DNA from: an uncultured Imperialibacter sp.
GTDB lineage: Bacteria > Bacteroidota > Bacteroidia > Cytophagales > Cyclobacteriaceae
Direction of reading: 5' to 3'
DNA length: 64,000 nucleotides
Assembly (NCBI GenBank): GCA_965651695.1
Contig: CBFGTI010000005.1
Coordinates: 2,886 to 66,885 of the forward strand
A model generated the notes under the pieces. The model had not been told where the DNA came from and searched no databases. It saw nothing but the letters and a program-made list of their open reading frames with translations. The translations under genes were made by a program, and so were the position numbers. Shown in pieces: positions 45,301-53,830 of this stretch; the first letter of the stretch is position 1; every line of letters starts with the position of its first letter.

Positions 45301-47430
45301 ATAATCGCGGAGGTCGGGAGAAAAACCTTTGTAGCTATGAGCAATAAACCCGAGCGCTCCCAGGTCGGGGGTCAGCGTCCAGTCTTCTCCGAGGGTGTAA
45401 ACGTTGGCAAAAATGTTGCCCGCATCGCAGCCGTTCACCAGTATCACAGGGTACTTGCCTTTATTATTGTACCCAAAGCCAGGGTTGGACACCACACCGA
45501 TGTCGATATCGGTAGAAAAGCTTGCCGAGTGACCGAAAAAGGTAATCAACGACACTCCGCTGTTTACTTCACCCGCGATATTTATAAATTCAATGGCATT
45601 GCTGGTAGCTTTGGACGATGTAACTACGTTGGCGCCTAAGTACTTACCCGAAGCCACTCTTTTGAAACCATCAAGATATCTTCTGAAGATGTTAAGTTCG
45701 GCCTGTGTGCCACCTCCACTCAGGTGGATCATATTTTTCCGCCAGAGATTGTCGAAGGGAGTGGCCTCCATTTCCACCACCTTTTTATAGTATGCCTCCA
45801 CATCATCGGCATGGCGGGCATTGAGCCTCCCAATAGAAATAGGCGATTCGTAGGTTGTGTTTCCCAGCCCCGCCAGTATAGCAATATCGCTGCCCGGCGA
45901 TCCGTAAGTAGGAATTAAATGAATAAAAGAGGGCGCCGATTGCCGGTAAAAGTTATAGTTGACCGTGGTGCCCTTTCCGAGCAAAAAGATGTAGCGAGGG
46001 TCGCCGTTTGCCAACAGATAAGCACCAAGGCGGCGTATGGCAAGCGGCGATACCTCACCGTAGTTGAACATGTCAAAAACCTCGGCGATGTCGAGCGACT
46101 GCACAGTGTACCCACCGCCGGCAGTGCTTTCTCTGTAGGTTTCATACGCCTGCACGGGATCGTCCATTCCCGACGAGGTCTTTTTGCGGAGGTTGGAATG
46201 GCTGATGATGATGTAGTTAACAGCGGCCGGATCGAAAACCGGCATTGTGGCGCGGCTGATTTTGGCCACACTCAAAAATGAGGAGGTCGCCAGCAGCTGC
46301 TTTCCTCCGGTAGTTTCTTCCACCACCGCGGTAACGTCGGTCCCGGCCGGCACCGTTCCTATTTTTTTTACATCATTGGGTGCAGTTAAGTCGTACAAAA
46401 AAAACTGAGCCGGCGTGTTCTTAATTTTTATGAACGAATTGGAGGTGGCACTTTCTCTCAATCCAAATTTTTGCTGGGTGTTTCCTTCCATGTCCAAAGC
46501 TTGGGCATAAGCAAGCCTGACGTACGAAACAGCGGCCCGGTCGGCTGCATCGGGGAATCCCACCACATTTACCCTCACCACCAGCTGGCCGGCAGTAGAA
46601 ATATCGCTCCAATTGATCTCTCCACTCACCCTGGCAGGATCGTGAGCCGAAAACTCGACCGTTTGCCACAAACGCACCCCCCCAGAGGCAGGTCCTACAT
46701 AAATTTCAACCTTATGGTTAAGGTTATTTCGCCCCACCAGCAGCACCTCCAGCACAGGTGGCGGAGCCGACTGCACCCGGTTAGTCAGGCCGGTGAGTGC
46801 TATTTCCTGGTTACTGCCTTTGGGAATATCGGAGCCGGTCCATCCTTCCCCAAAATCGTACTGGCTCAGAATAATCTCCCCGTTAAAATAGGTTCGGCCC
46901 TGTGAGTAGTTGTTTGTTTGAAGCTTCAGTACGTCCCTTAAATGATAAGGCTCTTCAGGCAGGTTATCTACGTTGTTAATGGGCACAGGGTCGGCCATAC
47001 GCTTGCCCCTGATGTTGGTTAGCGGCCAGGTAAGGAAATAGGCAGAAGAATCGGAGAAAAGATTGTAGAGGGTGTGTGGCTGCGCTTCGGGGCTGAGGTA
47101 CAATCCGGCGTCGGTAACACCATCGGCTGGTTTGCCATAAAACTCAATGAAATCGGCCGGATCGAGCCTGCCGTCTTCCTGCCCTGGCACGTGAATCGCC
47201 TGCTCCACACCTCTGTGGAACAATTGAAGGCGACGTGCATCGAGCGTTGCCAGCGGCACACCCGCAGCCTGAAGCTGGGCATGTGTAAGCCGGTAAATTC
47301 CCTCGCCCGCCACTTTTAGTTTGTAGTAAGACTGGGAGGTATTGATCCATTCGTTGCCAAAGGGCTGCGAAAAAGTCGAATTCACGCCCAATAAGGACGC
47401 AACTGCGAAAAACCACCTGCACAGACCCAT
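42385..47430 (-). CDS. Giant peptidase-C25 (gingipain/PorU-like, clan CD) protein with a T9SS C-terminal sorting domain
   Basis: ATG at 47430 gives a signal peptide (MGLCRWFFAVASLLGVNSTFSQ). The N-terminus is PorU-style (…SYYKLKVAGEGIYRLTHAQLQAAGV…). The His/Cys dyad is …ITFFGHSAS… and 34 residues later …ILVNGCDAGN… The C-terminal ~90 aa (…FYPYPNPFSTSTRFVFTL…LKIQIMTVSGRIV…WDGTDEYGDQLANGVYLYRV…) is a T9SS CTD/FlgD-Ig-like tail. Confidence 0.8.
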   Translation of the reverse strand: MGLCRWFFAVASLLGVNSTFSQPFGNEWINTSQSYYKLKVAGEGIYRLTHAQLQAAGVPLATLDARRLQLFHRGVEQAIHVPGQEDGRLDPADFIEFYGKPADGVTDAGLYLSPEAQPHTLYNLFSDSSAYFLTWPLTNIRGKRMADPVPINNVDNLPEEPYHLRDVLKLQTNNYSQGRTYFNGEIILSQYDFGEGWTGSDIPKGSNQEIALTGLTNRVQSAPPPVLEVLLVGRNNLNHKVEIYVGPASGGVRLWQTVEFSAHDPARVSGEINWSDISTAGQLVVRVNVVGFPDAADRAAVSYVRLAYAQALDMEGNTQQKFGLRESATSNSFIKIKNTPAQFFLYDLTAPNDVKKIGTVPAGTDVTAVVEETTGGKQLLATSSFLSVAKISRATMPVFDPAAVNYIIISHSNLRKKTSSGMDDPVQAYETYRESTAGGGYTVQSLDIAEVFDMFNYGEVSPLAIRRLGAYLLANGDPRYIFLLGKGTTVNYNFYRQSAPSFIHLIPTYGSPGSDIAILAGLGNTTYESPISIGRLNARHADDVEAYYKKVVEMEATPFDNLWRKNMIHLSGGGTQAELNIFRRYLDGFKRVASGKYLGANVVTSSKATSNAIEFINIAGEVNSGVSLITFFGHSASFSTDIDIGVVSNPGFGYNNKGKYPVILVNGCDAGNIFANVYTLGEDWTLTPDLGALGFIAHSYKGFSPDLRDYSTDFYQVAFGDSVFVAKTLGEVKDEASRRFLTRPRVVEREISQVQQMVLQGDPAVKIFGAGKPDYAIDAESLEVVDVAGQPLRVAKDTFALQVIVRNYGIATGKPLKITMRRRLDDGSVAEASASKELILRQDTVYFGISNQELTGLGNNTFEVFLDGEGAIDELNEANNTTSLNVFLAKGSTLHLFPLNGGVAGPEPTLVMQTADILSPPRTCAIEIDTLPSFNSPFKKQFAEEVKVISVKSLNLDEGGAIPDSTVIYWRSKFLNPLAGEDTSWVQSSFTMIRSGGSGFTAVSANQFAGAEIKDLILHTPTFSWTFPENNTSLEVRTHGGANSELTKTDIDVIVGGAELLVESNSFNVCRLNTFNAVVFDRQSTVPYTPISGWNVFNNPLTCGLNPKRIHNFTDNEMFNPTAANGGLRRLSQFIDAIPNGDFVVFFNIGSVQVSRWDAEVKDKLKLIGIKTATLNNLQDGQPVIFFGKKGGAEGTAVEVLSNGSSTVLQQQQLALADIIEGRYFSGGVTSGRVGPAKSWGTAHHKVKLGASQTESNYHINIYGVKKDGERDALLMSETSPAIDLSGYDAATYPYMELSFSTSDEQTLQPVQLRQWGISFEQVPEGVLLTHAPAARSQEAIVKNEGEGVTIPFTYFNVSPTPFTDSLTLRHEILVKETNTKHEFSTKVAPLASGDSVTFEVDINTLGKAGLNDLRVMAEPTEGELFTNNNRFHFSDFLEVKPDVVNPVLDVTVDGSHILNGDIVSPDPVIAIRLTDDYPYIVKQDTIGMEVFLKSPCEECGFERVAFSGGKMTWSFNEGEEEMNIEYRPGPLADGLYSLRVIASDASGNQAGTAPYEITFEVINETSVTHFYPYPNPFSTSTRFVFTLTGASLPDQLKIQIMTVSGRIVREITQDEIGPLKIGNNISEFAWDGTDEYGDQLANGVYLYRVQMKMNGQQPEHRTTSADKAFKNGFGKMYLLR

Positions 47431-47479
47431 ACCCCAGCTTACGCGGCCCGCAGAAGACTTGACCGTGCATACAAATGTG

Positions 47480-48553
47480 CTAATCGCTTTCCCTGCCATT
47501 CCAACCAAATTTCATCGAAAATACATGACTGTAAGGCGATTCCGCACGGTTTCCAATATCCGTTAATGCATAGTCTATCTGCACGCCCTGTAAATTTATA
47601 CCCACGCCAAAAGCCGGCAAGTACGTCCAGGAGCGGCTGCCATCAAAATCCTTTACCTGCTGAAACTGGCTTACGCCACCCCGCAAAAAAGCTTTCCCCC
47701 GATAACCTACCTCCACACCTGCCTTAGGGTCGGCACTTGCCAGGCCAGCATTTACCAGCGTATTTCTTTCTCCATCGAAGGTCAGGTCTACGTCGGCCGA
47801 TGCTACGGCCGTCCATCGTTCCCCCTGCACCAGGTAGGCAGCCACACCCAAAGATAACCGCGGAAGCGTAATTTCAATGCTGTTTTCAGGAATCCGGTTA
47901 CCGGTTTGCGTGTATACATCAATTACCAGTTCAGAATTGTGGCTCCAGGCGTTAAAGGTACCGGTGGCGTCGCGCAGCACTGCTCCCAGCCGCCAGGCAC
48001 CGGCCTGATACTTTACAGCTGCGTCGAGCCCGTAACCCCAGGCATTGGCAAAGCTGCCCACAGTTCGGTGTATCACTTTCAGGTTTCCGCCCATTGAAAG
48101 CGGACCCATTTTTTTTGCCAGAGTAAATAAGAAGGCATAGTCGGCTGCAGAAAAAAACCTGATATTGTCGTAGTTAATGGCGCCGCTGGCATCGTATAGA
48201 AAGCGGGTATCGGGAATGTTGTCGATGCCAAACCTGATTACGGAGGCTGCCATAAAGGTGTTGCTGTCGATTGGTGTTACAAACCCCGCGTAGTCGTAGT
48301 TGGCTATGCCTGCAAAATAAGCCGCATGCATCAGGCCAACCTGGTATTTGTCAGCTACAGCGCCAATGCCCGCGGGGTTCCAGTACGCCGCCGTTACATC
48401 GTCCGCCAGCCCTACCTGCGAGTTGCCCATGCCGAGTGCCCGGGCGCCCACCCCTATTGAAAGGAATTCATTGCTGTATTTGGGTGCTTTAGTTTGTGCT
48501 ATGGCCTCCCCTGCACTGCATAAAAAAATAAGTACCACAAGCCGCAAATGCAT
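47480..48553 (-). CDS. PorV/PorQ-family (FadL-like) outer-membrane beta-barrel
   Basis: ATG at 48553 gives the signal peptide MHLRLVVLIFLCSAGEAIAQ. The N-terminal motif …LSIGVGARALGMGNSQVGLADDVTAAYWNPAG… is typical of the PorV/PorQ family. It lies 49 nt upstream of the C25 gene on the same strand. Confidence 0.75.
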   Translation of the reverse strand: MHLRLVVLIFLCSAGEAIAQTKAPKYSNEFLSIGVGARALGMGNSQVGLADDVTAAYWNPAGIGAVADKYQVGLMHAAYFAGIANYDYAGFVTPIDSNTFMAASVIRFGIDNIPDTRFLYDASGAINYDNIRFFSAADYAFLFTLAKKMGPLSMGGNLKVIHRTVGSFANAWGYGLDAAVKYQAGAWRLGAVLRDATGTFNAWSHNSELVIDVYTQTGNRIPENSIEITLPRLSLGVAAYLVQGERWTAVASADVDLTFDGERNTLVNAGLASADPKAGVEVGYRGKAFLRGGVSQFQQVKDFDGSRSWTYLPAFGVGINLQGVQIDYALTDIGNRAESPYSHVFSMKFGWNGRESD

Positions 48554-48835
48554 TCTAAAAAAATTCAATCTCAAAAATAAGCATATAACAGCCCCCACGC
48601 CAGCAATCCCCTTTGCAACTTTGCAATATTCGATAAAGCAACATTGATGAGGGATGAAATGGGGAGTAGTAAACGGACGATAGTCGGCAGCACATTTCGT
48701 TAAAGATGTACTTTCGTTTCCAAACTAGCCGGAAACCTTAAACCTTAAACTCTTAAACTAAAAACTTTCAAACTCCTTCTGTGTCCGATTTCGTTCAGTT
48801 AATTTTTTGCCATATTCAGCAGACCGAGGTCAGAA

Positions 48836-48851
48836 GGGCAAAATAATTGCA
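48836..48851 (+). promoter_or_regulatory. Weak sigma-54-like box GGGCAAaataaTTGCA
   Basis: Correct GG-N10-GC spacing with a perfect TTGCA -12 element, but the first T of TGGCA is G. The site is intergenic and oriented toward padR-pspC, about 130 nt upstream of ATG 48982. Confidence 0.25.
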
Positions 48852-48981
48852 TTTTTTCATGTTTATATATGATTAATAAAAGAATTTGTGCCTTTCACTA
48901 ACTTTTCTCAGCTAGTACTTGGCTATGCAAGGTACTTTTCCGTATATAGTCTTAAGTCAAGAACTTTTTAATAGTAGCGAG

Positions 48982-49332
48982 ATGAACATAGAGAACACAC
49001 AAGTACAGATGCGGAAGGGGATCCTGGAGTTTTGCATCCTTCACATCATCTCCCGTGGGGAAGTGTATGCTTCTGACATGTTGCAGGAGCTTACCTCTGC
49101 TAAGATAATGGTAGTAGAAGGTACATTGTACCCTTTGCTTACACGGCTGCGCAAAGCCGGACTGGTAGATTACAAATGGGTTGAATCCAGCTCAGGCCCT
49201 CCACGTAAATACTACACGCTTACCGAAGAGGGACATAACTTTTTAAAGGGACTGCAAAGTACATGGGATGAACTGGTCGGTTCCACCAATCAAATTATTT
49301 CCAACATCACGCAAAACGGGCAAACAAAATGA
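48982..49332 (+). CDS. PadR-family transcriptional regulator
   Basis: ATG at 48982. …MRKGILEFCILHIISRGEVYASDMLQEL…VEGTLYPLLTRLRKAGLV…PRKYYTLTEEG… is the PadR winged-helix signature. Confidence 0.9.
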   Translation: MNIENTQVQMRKGILEFCILHIISRGEVYASDMLQELTSAKIMVVEGTLYPLLTRLRKAGLVDYKWVESSSGPPRKYYTLTEEGHNFLKGLQSTWDELVGSTNQIISNITQNGQTK

Positions 49333-51809
49333 AAAAGAACATCAGCATAAACATCAGCGGGATCATCTTCCATATAGAAGAGGATGGCTACGACAAGCTG
49401 AAAGGCTATCTTGAATCTATTTCGACCTATTTTTCCACCTTCGAAGACAGCAAGGAGATTATCGCAGATATTGAAAGCCGAATCGCCGAAATATTTCTCG
49501 ATAAGCTGAATAAAGAAGGGAAGCAGGTGGTTTCGCTCGAAAATGTAAATAGCCTGATCAGCACCATGGGTACTGTGGCCGATTTTGAAGCTATTGAAGA
49601 CATTCAGGAAAAAGTGGCACCCGAAAGCACCACCTCTAAAGAAGAGGCTAAAGAAAACACCTTTGAAGAACCGGCTGCAGGTGCAAAACCGGCAGGCAAA
49701 CGCCTTTTCCGCGACCTCAACCGCAAGGTAATAGCGGGTGTGGGTAGCGGCATTGCCCACTATTTCGGCATCGACCCCATGTGGGTTCGGCTGCTTTTCA
49801 TTCTTCTGTTCTTCAACTTCTTTTTGCCTGGCCTTAGTGGCGCAGCCCTTATCGCCTACATTATTATGTGGATAGTAGTGCCCGGCTCAAGCACGCTGGA
49901 AGATGATAAGAAGGTGAAAAAGATGTTTCGAAACCCCGACGACCGGGTGCTTGGCGGTGTGGCAAGTGGTGTAGCGGCCTACTTTGGTGCCGATATCACC
50001 GTGATACGCCTGCTTTTCGTGTTGTCGATATTCCTGGGTGGCACCGGCTTTTTCATCTACATTATTTTGTGGATTATAACACCACTCGCACGCACCATTA
50101 CCGAAAAAATGCAAATGCAAGGCGAGCCGGTTACGCTTTCCAATATCGAAACCAATATTAAGTCGAGCCTCAATGTAAAAGAGGGCGAAGAAAGCCCGCT
50201 GGTTAAAATACTGCTGTTCCCGTTCAGGCTGGTAGCCGTTGTTATTAATGGGCTAGCCAGGTTCCTCGGACCCGCCTCCAAAGTACTTGTAGATATCATC
50301 AGAGTACTTGTAGGCTTGATCTTCAGCGTTACCGGCCTATCGATCATGATTGCCATAGCAGTTACGTCCGCAATGTTCCTGGGGCTAACTATCGGCTGGT
50401 GGGATTGGGTTCAGGTAGACGGCGTGCCCGTGGAGATATTCCAGCAATCGATACCTGCCTTTGCTGTGCTGGGATTGTTCCTTACCATATTCATCCCCGC
50501 ACTTGGATTTACGCTGGCCGGTGTGAGCATCATTGCCCGCAGGAGGCTGGGCAAGCCCTACCTTGGCTGGAGCCTGTTTGGCTTGTGGATCATCAGCCTT
50601 GTAATGGTGAGCTTTACCATACCGCGCATTGTAATGGACTTCCGGTCAGACGCCATTCACACCGAAACAAAAACGTACGACCTGGCTGGTAAAACCGCCT
50701 TGCTTACAATGACGGAGGAAGACAAAAGACGATGGGATGAGTGGAAACGGGGCTATGAGGCGGTGGAGCTCCGCCTGCGTGGCCACGACGACTCAGTGTA
50801 CAGGCTGGTAATGGACTACGAAGCACGTGGAAAAGACAGGTCTGCCGCTCTTGAAAATGCACAGATGGTCAGCTACGACTTCAGCATGCAAGACTCCGTT
50901 TTCACTTTTGCCTCAAAGCTCAAATTCAAAGAAAATGCAAGTTTCAGAGGTCAAAACCTCGACATGACCCTGTACATACCTTACTACCAGCCTTTTATGA
51001 TGGACGAAGAGCTGTCGGACATACTGCGCAACACCATCTACCGTAGCGGCTATTCTGTCAGACAAATGGAAGGAAATGTATGGGTGTTTACCGAAGATGG
51101 CCTTAAATGCCAAACCTGCGAGCAGTATGAAGATGATGACTACAGCTCAAACAGCGGAAGCCGAACGTTCGACAGCGACCCGCTAACTTTCAGCTTTACC
51201 GGCTACGACGAAATTGAAGCAGGGGGCATCTTCAAATTCTATATAAAGCAAGGCGAATACAAAGATATCGAGATAACCGGCAGCGAACGCTGGCTCGACA
51301 AGGTTTCCGTGAGGCAGTCTAATGGTGTGCTGCGGTTCGACGTAAGCGGCCGAAGCTGGAACTGGGGCGACGACTGGGATGCCGGCGACAAGATCTACGT
51401 TTATCTGACCACACCACAACTCGAATCGCTGGAGTTGTCCGGAGCCTCCGAAGCTTACCTGGAGGGTTTCCAGGCCAACCGTATGTCGCTGGATTTCTCC
51501 GGGGTTGCATCGGCTGATATGGATATTGACGCATCCAGCCTTACCATAGATATGGACGGTGGCAGCAAAATTACCCTACGAGGCAGTGTAAACGAGCTTA
51601 CTGCCGATGTCGAAGGCGCGGCCTCGCTGGATGCATTCGGAAGCGAGGTACGATATGCCGAAATAAACACTTCGGGAGCAGCAAGAGCCAAAATAAATGC
51701 CATGGTGGAACTAAAAGCCGAAGCTACCGGCGCCAGCACCCTCACCTATCGGGGCGATGCCCGCACCGACATAAGGCGGTCAGGCGCAGGCTCAGTGCGA
51801 AAAGACTAG
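49329..51809 (+). CDS. PspC-domain membrane protein (two PspC domains, multi-TM region, C-terminal DUF2807/DUF4097-like beta-solenoid)
   Basis: 4-nt overlap with padR. The PspC motifs are KRLFRDLNRKVIAGVGSGIAHYFGIDPMWVRLLF and KKMFRNPDDRVLGGVASGVAAYFGADITVIRLLF. The C-terminal repeats are …LELSGASEAYLEG…LDFSGVASADM…. Confidence 0.85.
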   Translation: MKKNISINISGIIFHIEEDGYDKLKGYLESISTYFSTFEDSKEIIADIESRIAEIFLDKLNKEGKQVVSLENVNSLISTMGTVADFEAIEDIQEKVAPESTTSKEEAKENTFEEPAAGAKPAGKRLFRDLNRKVIAGVGSGIAHYFGIDPMWVRLLFILLFFNFFLPGLSGAALIAYIIMWIVVPGSSTLEDDKKVKKMFRNPDDRVLGGVASGVAAYFGADITVIRLLFVLSIFLGGTGFFIYIILWIITPLARTITEKMQMQGEPVTLSNIETNIKSSLNVKEGEESPLVKILLFPFRLVAVVINGLARFLGPASKVLVDIIRVLVGLIFSVTGLSIMIAIAVTSAMFLGLTIGWWDWVQVDGVPVEIFQQSIPAFAVLGLFLTIFIPALGFTLAGVSIIARRRLGKPYLGWSLFGLWIISLVMVSFTIPRIVMDFRSDAIHTETKTYDLAGKTALLTMTEEDKRRWDEWKRGYEAVELRLRGHDDSVYRLVMDYEARGKDRSAALENAQMVSYDFSMQDSVFTFASKLKFKENASFRGQNLDMTLYIPYYQPFMMDEELSDILRNTIYRSGYSVRQMEGNVWVFTEDGLKCQTCEQYEDDDYSSNSGSRTFDSDPLTFSFTGYDEIEAGGIFKFYIKQGEYKDIEITGSERWLDKVSVRQSNGVLRFDVSGRSWNWGDDWDAGDKIYVYLTTPQLESLELSGASEAYLEGFQANRMSLDFSGVASADMDIDASSLTIDMDGGSKITLRGSVNELTADVEGAASLDAFGSEVRYAEINTSGAARAKINAMVELKAEATGASTLTYRGDARTDIRRSGAGSVRKD

Positions 51810-51921
51810 TACAAAAGTTGAAGGTTAACGGTTACAGTTATTTGTGGGTGCCCATTAACCAATAACATTTAACTATTAACCGTTCCTAAAGATCATTTGC
51901 CCAATTTTCAAGTCCAAAAAA

Positions 51922-51951
51922 GCCGGATGCCGTAAGGCGTTCGGTTTTTTT
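51922..51951 (+). terminator. Rho-independent terminator after pspC-like gene
   Basis: CCGGATGCC-GTAA-GGCGTTCGG forms a 9-bp stem with 2 G-U pairs, followed by TTTTTTT. Confidence 0.7.
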
Positions 51952-52052
51952 ATTCCTGCCCATCTTACAAGCGGCAGGCCCAATGCCAATAATTATTCAG
52001 ACCTTCGCGTTTTCTTCAAAAAAACCCACGGGCTAATCAGCTGTAACTGATA

Positions 52053-53438
52053 ATGGCGAAATCGCGCAAAATTTTCAACGACCCTCTTCTCACATCTCCC
52101 ATTGATCTCTGGCTGTCGCCGCTTCGGGCATTTATTTCCAGGCAAACCACCAGCGGTATTGTGCTGTTTGCTGCCGCGGTAGTAGCTCTGGCTTTATCCA
52201 ATTCGCCTTTTGCTGAAGACTATCATCACATATGGGAGCATACGTTTTCTATCGGCTTCGACGATTTTATCATCAGCAAAAACCTGCACCATTGGATCAA
52301 CGATGGTTTGATGGCGGTTTTCTTTTTTGTGGTGGGGCTTGAGTTGAAAAGAGAGATAATAGCCGGTCAGCTTTCCGATCCACGCAATGCGGTGCTCCCA
52401 ATAGCAGCGGCAGTGGGAGGCATGGCAGTGCCTGCAATTATTTACCTCTTCTTTAACACCAGCGGCACAGCAACCGATGGCTGGGGAATCCCGATGGCCA
52501 CCGACATTGCATTTGCGCTCGGCATTATCTACCTGCTTGGAGATAAAGTGCCACTATCGCTTAAGATCTTTCTCACCGTACTTGCCATTGTAGATGACCT
52601 CGGAGCCGTGCTGGTGATTGCTTTTTTCTATACATCCGATATTTCGTTTGTCAGCCTGGGCTATGGCGCACTTTTTTTGGCCATACTTATCGGGTCCAAC
52701 CTCGTGGGCATCCGAAGCACAGTGTACTTTGGCGTAATAGGCATTGCCGGGCTTTGGCTGGCGTTTTTGCTATCGGGTGTGCATGCTACCATAGCTGCCG
52801 TGCTTGCCGCTTTTACTATTCCTGCCAAAGTAAAGGCCAGTGATGTTTTCTTCCTGAAGCGGGTGCGCATACTTTCCGAAGAGTTTGAAAAAACGGATAA
52901 AAACAACTCTCCCCTGCTAACTCCCAATGAGCTTCAGATACTCGAAGAGTTTCGCGATGTTTCCAAAAAGGCGCTTACACCGCTACAGCGGCTCGAAAGC
53001 TCACTCCACCCTTTTGTGGCGTTTGTGGTGATGCCGGTGTTTGCCCTGGCCAACGCCGGTGTAACCTTCGGCGGCGATTTTACCGACCTTATCCAGACAC
53101 AGGTATTTTTGGGTGTCTTTCTCGGGCTCGTGGCAGGCAAATTCGGAGGCGTGGTGCTGATTTCCAAACTACTGGTATGGACCAAGCTTGCCAAGTTGCC
53201 AATGGGCGTCAATTGGCGGCATATGTACGGAGCCGCGCTGCTGGCAGGCGTGGGCTTTACCATGTCGCTTTTCATCTCCGAGCTTGCCTTTATCGAAAAG
53301 GCCTATATACTTCAAGCCAAAATGGGTATACTTATGGCTTCTTTTGTAGCAGGCATCGGAGGATTTCTGCTCCTCAATTCCACCAAGCGCCAAACCGGCA
53401 CGACACCCGACGCACCGCCTGTAAAAAAATTCGATTAG
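52053..53438 (+). CDS. nhaA: Na+/H+ antiporter NhaA
   Basis: Full-length NhaA pattern including …WINDGLMAVFFFVVGLELKRE… and the catalytic Asp pair in …LAIVDDLGAVLVIAFFY…. Confidence 0.93.
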   Translation: MAKSRKIFNDPLLTSPIDLWLSPLRAFISRQTTSGIVLFAAAVVALALSNSPFAEDYHHIWEHTFSIGFDDFIISKNLHHWINDGLMAVFFFVVGLELKREIIAGQLSDPRNAVLPIAAAVGGMAVPAIIYLFFNTSGTATDGWGIPMATDIAFALGIIYLLGDKVPLSLKIFLTVLAIVDDLGAVLVIAFFYTSDISFVSLGYGALFLAILIGSNLVGIRSTVYFGVIGIAGLWLAFLLSGVHATIAAVLAAFTIPAKVKASDVFFLKRVRILSEEFEKTDKNNSPLLTPNELQILEEFRDVSKKALTPLQRLESSLHPFVAFVVMPVFALANAGVTFGGDFTDLIQTQVFLGVFLGLVAGKFGGVVLISKLLVWTKLAKLPMGVNWRHMYGAALLAGVGFTMSLFISELAFIEKAYILQAKMGILMASFVAGIGGFLLLNSTKRQTGTTPDAPPVKKFD

Positions 53439-53689
53439 CAGATCAGTCCTTCCCGAAGCGCCACACTTACCAGGTGGGGAGTGTTGCTTACATTAAGCTT
53501 GCGAAGCAGGTTGCTCTTATGCTTGGCCACCGTGAGTTCGCTTATAAAAAGGATTTCAGAAATTTCTTTGGCGCTGTAGCCAAAAGAGAGTTGCTCCACG
53601 ATCTCCTTTTCTCTCCTTGTTAGCTGATTTGGCTGCTCCAGCTTTGGCTGCTCCAGCTTAGGCTGCTCCAGCTTATGCTGCTCTGTCAT
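53435..53689 (-). CDS. Stand-alone LuxR/GerE-type HTH protein with an N-terminal KLEQP x3 repeat
   Basis: …LTRREKEIVEQLSFGYSAKEISEILFISELTVAKHKSNLLRKLNV… is a GerE HTH. The N-terminus MTEQHKLEQPKLEQPKLEQP is encoded by a 15-bp x3 tandem repeat. The 3' end overlaps the nhaA stop by 4 nt (convergent). Confidence 0.8.
   Translation of the reverse strand: MTEQHKLEQPKLEQPKLEQPNQLTRREKEIVEQLSFGYSAKEISEILFISELTVAKHKSNLLRKLNVSNTPHLVSVALREGLIC
53631..53675 (-). repeat. In-frame 15-bp tandem repeat x3 (plus strand GGCTGCTCCAGCTTW)
   Basis: Read directly: ggctgctccagcttt ggctgctccagctta ggctgctccagctta. It encodes KLEQP x3 on the minus strand. Confidence 0.9.
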
Positions 53690-53830
53690 GGCGTTTTCAC
53701 TTTTAGTACACTACCTTATGACGAATCGCAGAAAAGGTCACCCGCCTTTTTTCAAATACTTGATTCCCCTACTTATATTTCGGTATTTTAGGTGACCTTT
53801 TGCATTTTTGATCATAACACAATAACCGGA

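Noticed and set aside
47203-47221. TCCACACCTCTGTGGAA palindrome resembling the intergenic TGTGGAA/TTCCACA motif.
   Set aside because: It lies inside the C25 peptidase coding region with the arms in the opposite order. I take it as evidence that the short motif can occur by chance rather than as a regulatory site.
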